From assembly GCA_036679645.1 (NCBI GenBank), contig JAZDCY010000012.1, positions 88,965-152,964 of the forward strand: a stretch of DNA of 64,000 bases, written 5' to 3'. Each line of letters opens with the position of its first letter. The stretch's first letter is position 1. A program made the translations under genes and the position numbers. The notes under the pieces are model-generated. The model did no database searches. It had not been told where the DNA came from and was given only the letters and a program-made list of their open reading frames with translations. Below are positions 63,975-64,000 of this stretch, in pieces. This DNA comes from Gemmatimonadota bacterium (GTDB lineage: Bacteria > Gemmatimonadota > Gemmatimonadetes > Gemmatimonadales > GWC2-71-9).

Positions 63975-64000
63975 TGCCGTCAACCCGTCCAATCCTTGAC

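Noticed and set aside
1-64000. Window-wide look for rRNA, tRNA, CRISPR arrays, IS elements, integrases, phage or defence-system genes
   Set aside because: None recognised by eye. No repeat-spacer periodicity, no transposase, recombinase or nuclease-helicase cassettes, and all intergenic spacers are short. A tRNAscan, Rfam or defence-finder run could still reveal small elements that I cannot detect manually.

Overview
High-GC, gene-dense bacterial chromosomal window. The gene content (PD40/TolB beta-propellers with Big_2 Ig domains, DUF1800/DUF1501, many lipoproteins) looks like a Gemmatimonadota-type soil bacterium, but that taxon call is inference only. I support about 65 protein-coding genes and saw no rRNA, tRNA, CRISPR array, transposase, integrase or phage genes. 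Many long ORFs in the track are antisense or off-frame shadows typical of high-GC DNA and were discarded. Left to right the window holds: the end of an efflux operon (MFP plus a TolC fragment); secreted propeller proteins; a Sec-containing selD next to a His-rich NicO transporter; rnhA and a dCMP deaminase; a thiolase/SPFH/Hbd group; and a long co-directional, partly overlapping gene chain. That chain runs two lipoproteins, squalene synthase-like, FAD oxidase, thyA, folA, two ATP-grasp ligases, GNAT, lysine 2,3-aminomutase. It is followed by an EF-G paralogue; DUF1800/DUF1501; three histidine kinases with one OmpR regulator; cytochrome c plus porins; a tryptophan-to-anthraniloyl-CoA catabolic cluster; assorted housekeeping genes; a split ada; a vapBC locus; and pyrE. 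The best candidates for something undescribed are: (1) the coupled ATP-grasp x2 + GNAT + lysine 2,3-aminomutase operon, which matches neither the known acetyl-beta-lysine nor the EF-P beta-lysylation systems; (2) a kynurenine pathway fused in one cluster to the 2-aminobenzoyl-CoA hybrid pathway, with a creatininase-fold protein where a formamidase is expected; (3) two tiny coupled ORFs, or one frameshifted gene, for a secreted Thr-rich peptide. Other direct observations are an in-frame UGA (selenocysteine) with a downstream hairpin in selD, a vapC toxin gene broken by an 11-bp tandem duplication, a membrane-domain::Hbd fusion, and an attenuator-like pyrE leader. All functional calls rest on motif recognition by eye. 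No database search or folding calculation was run.
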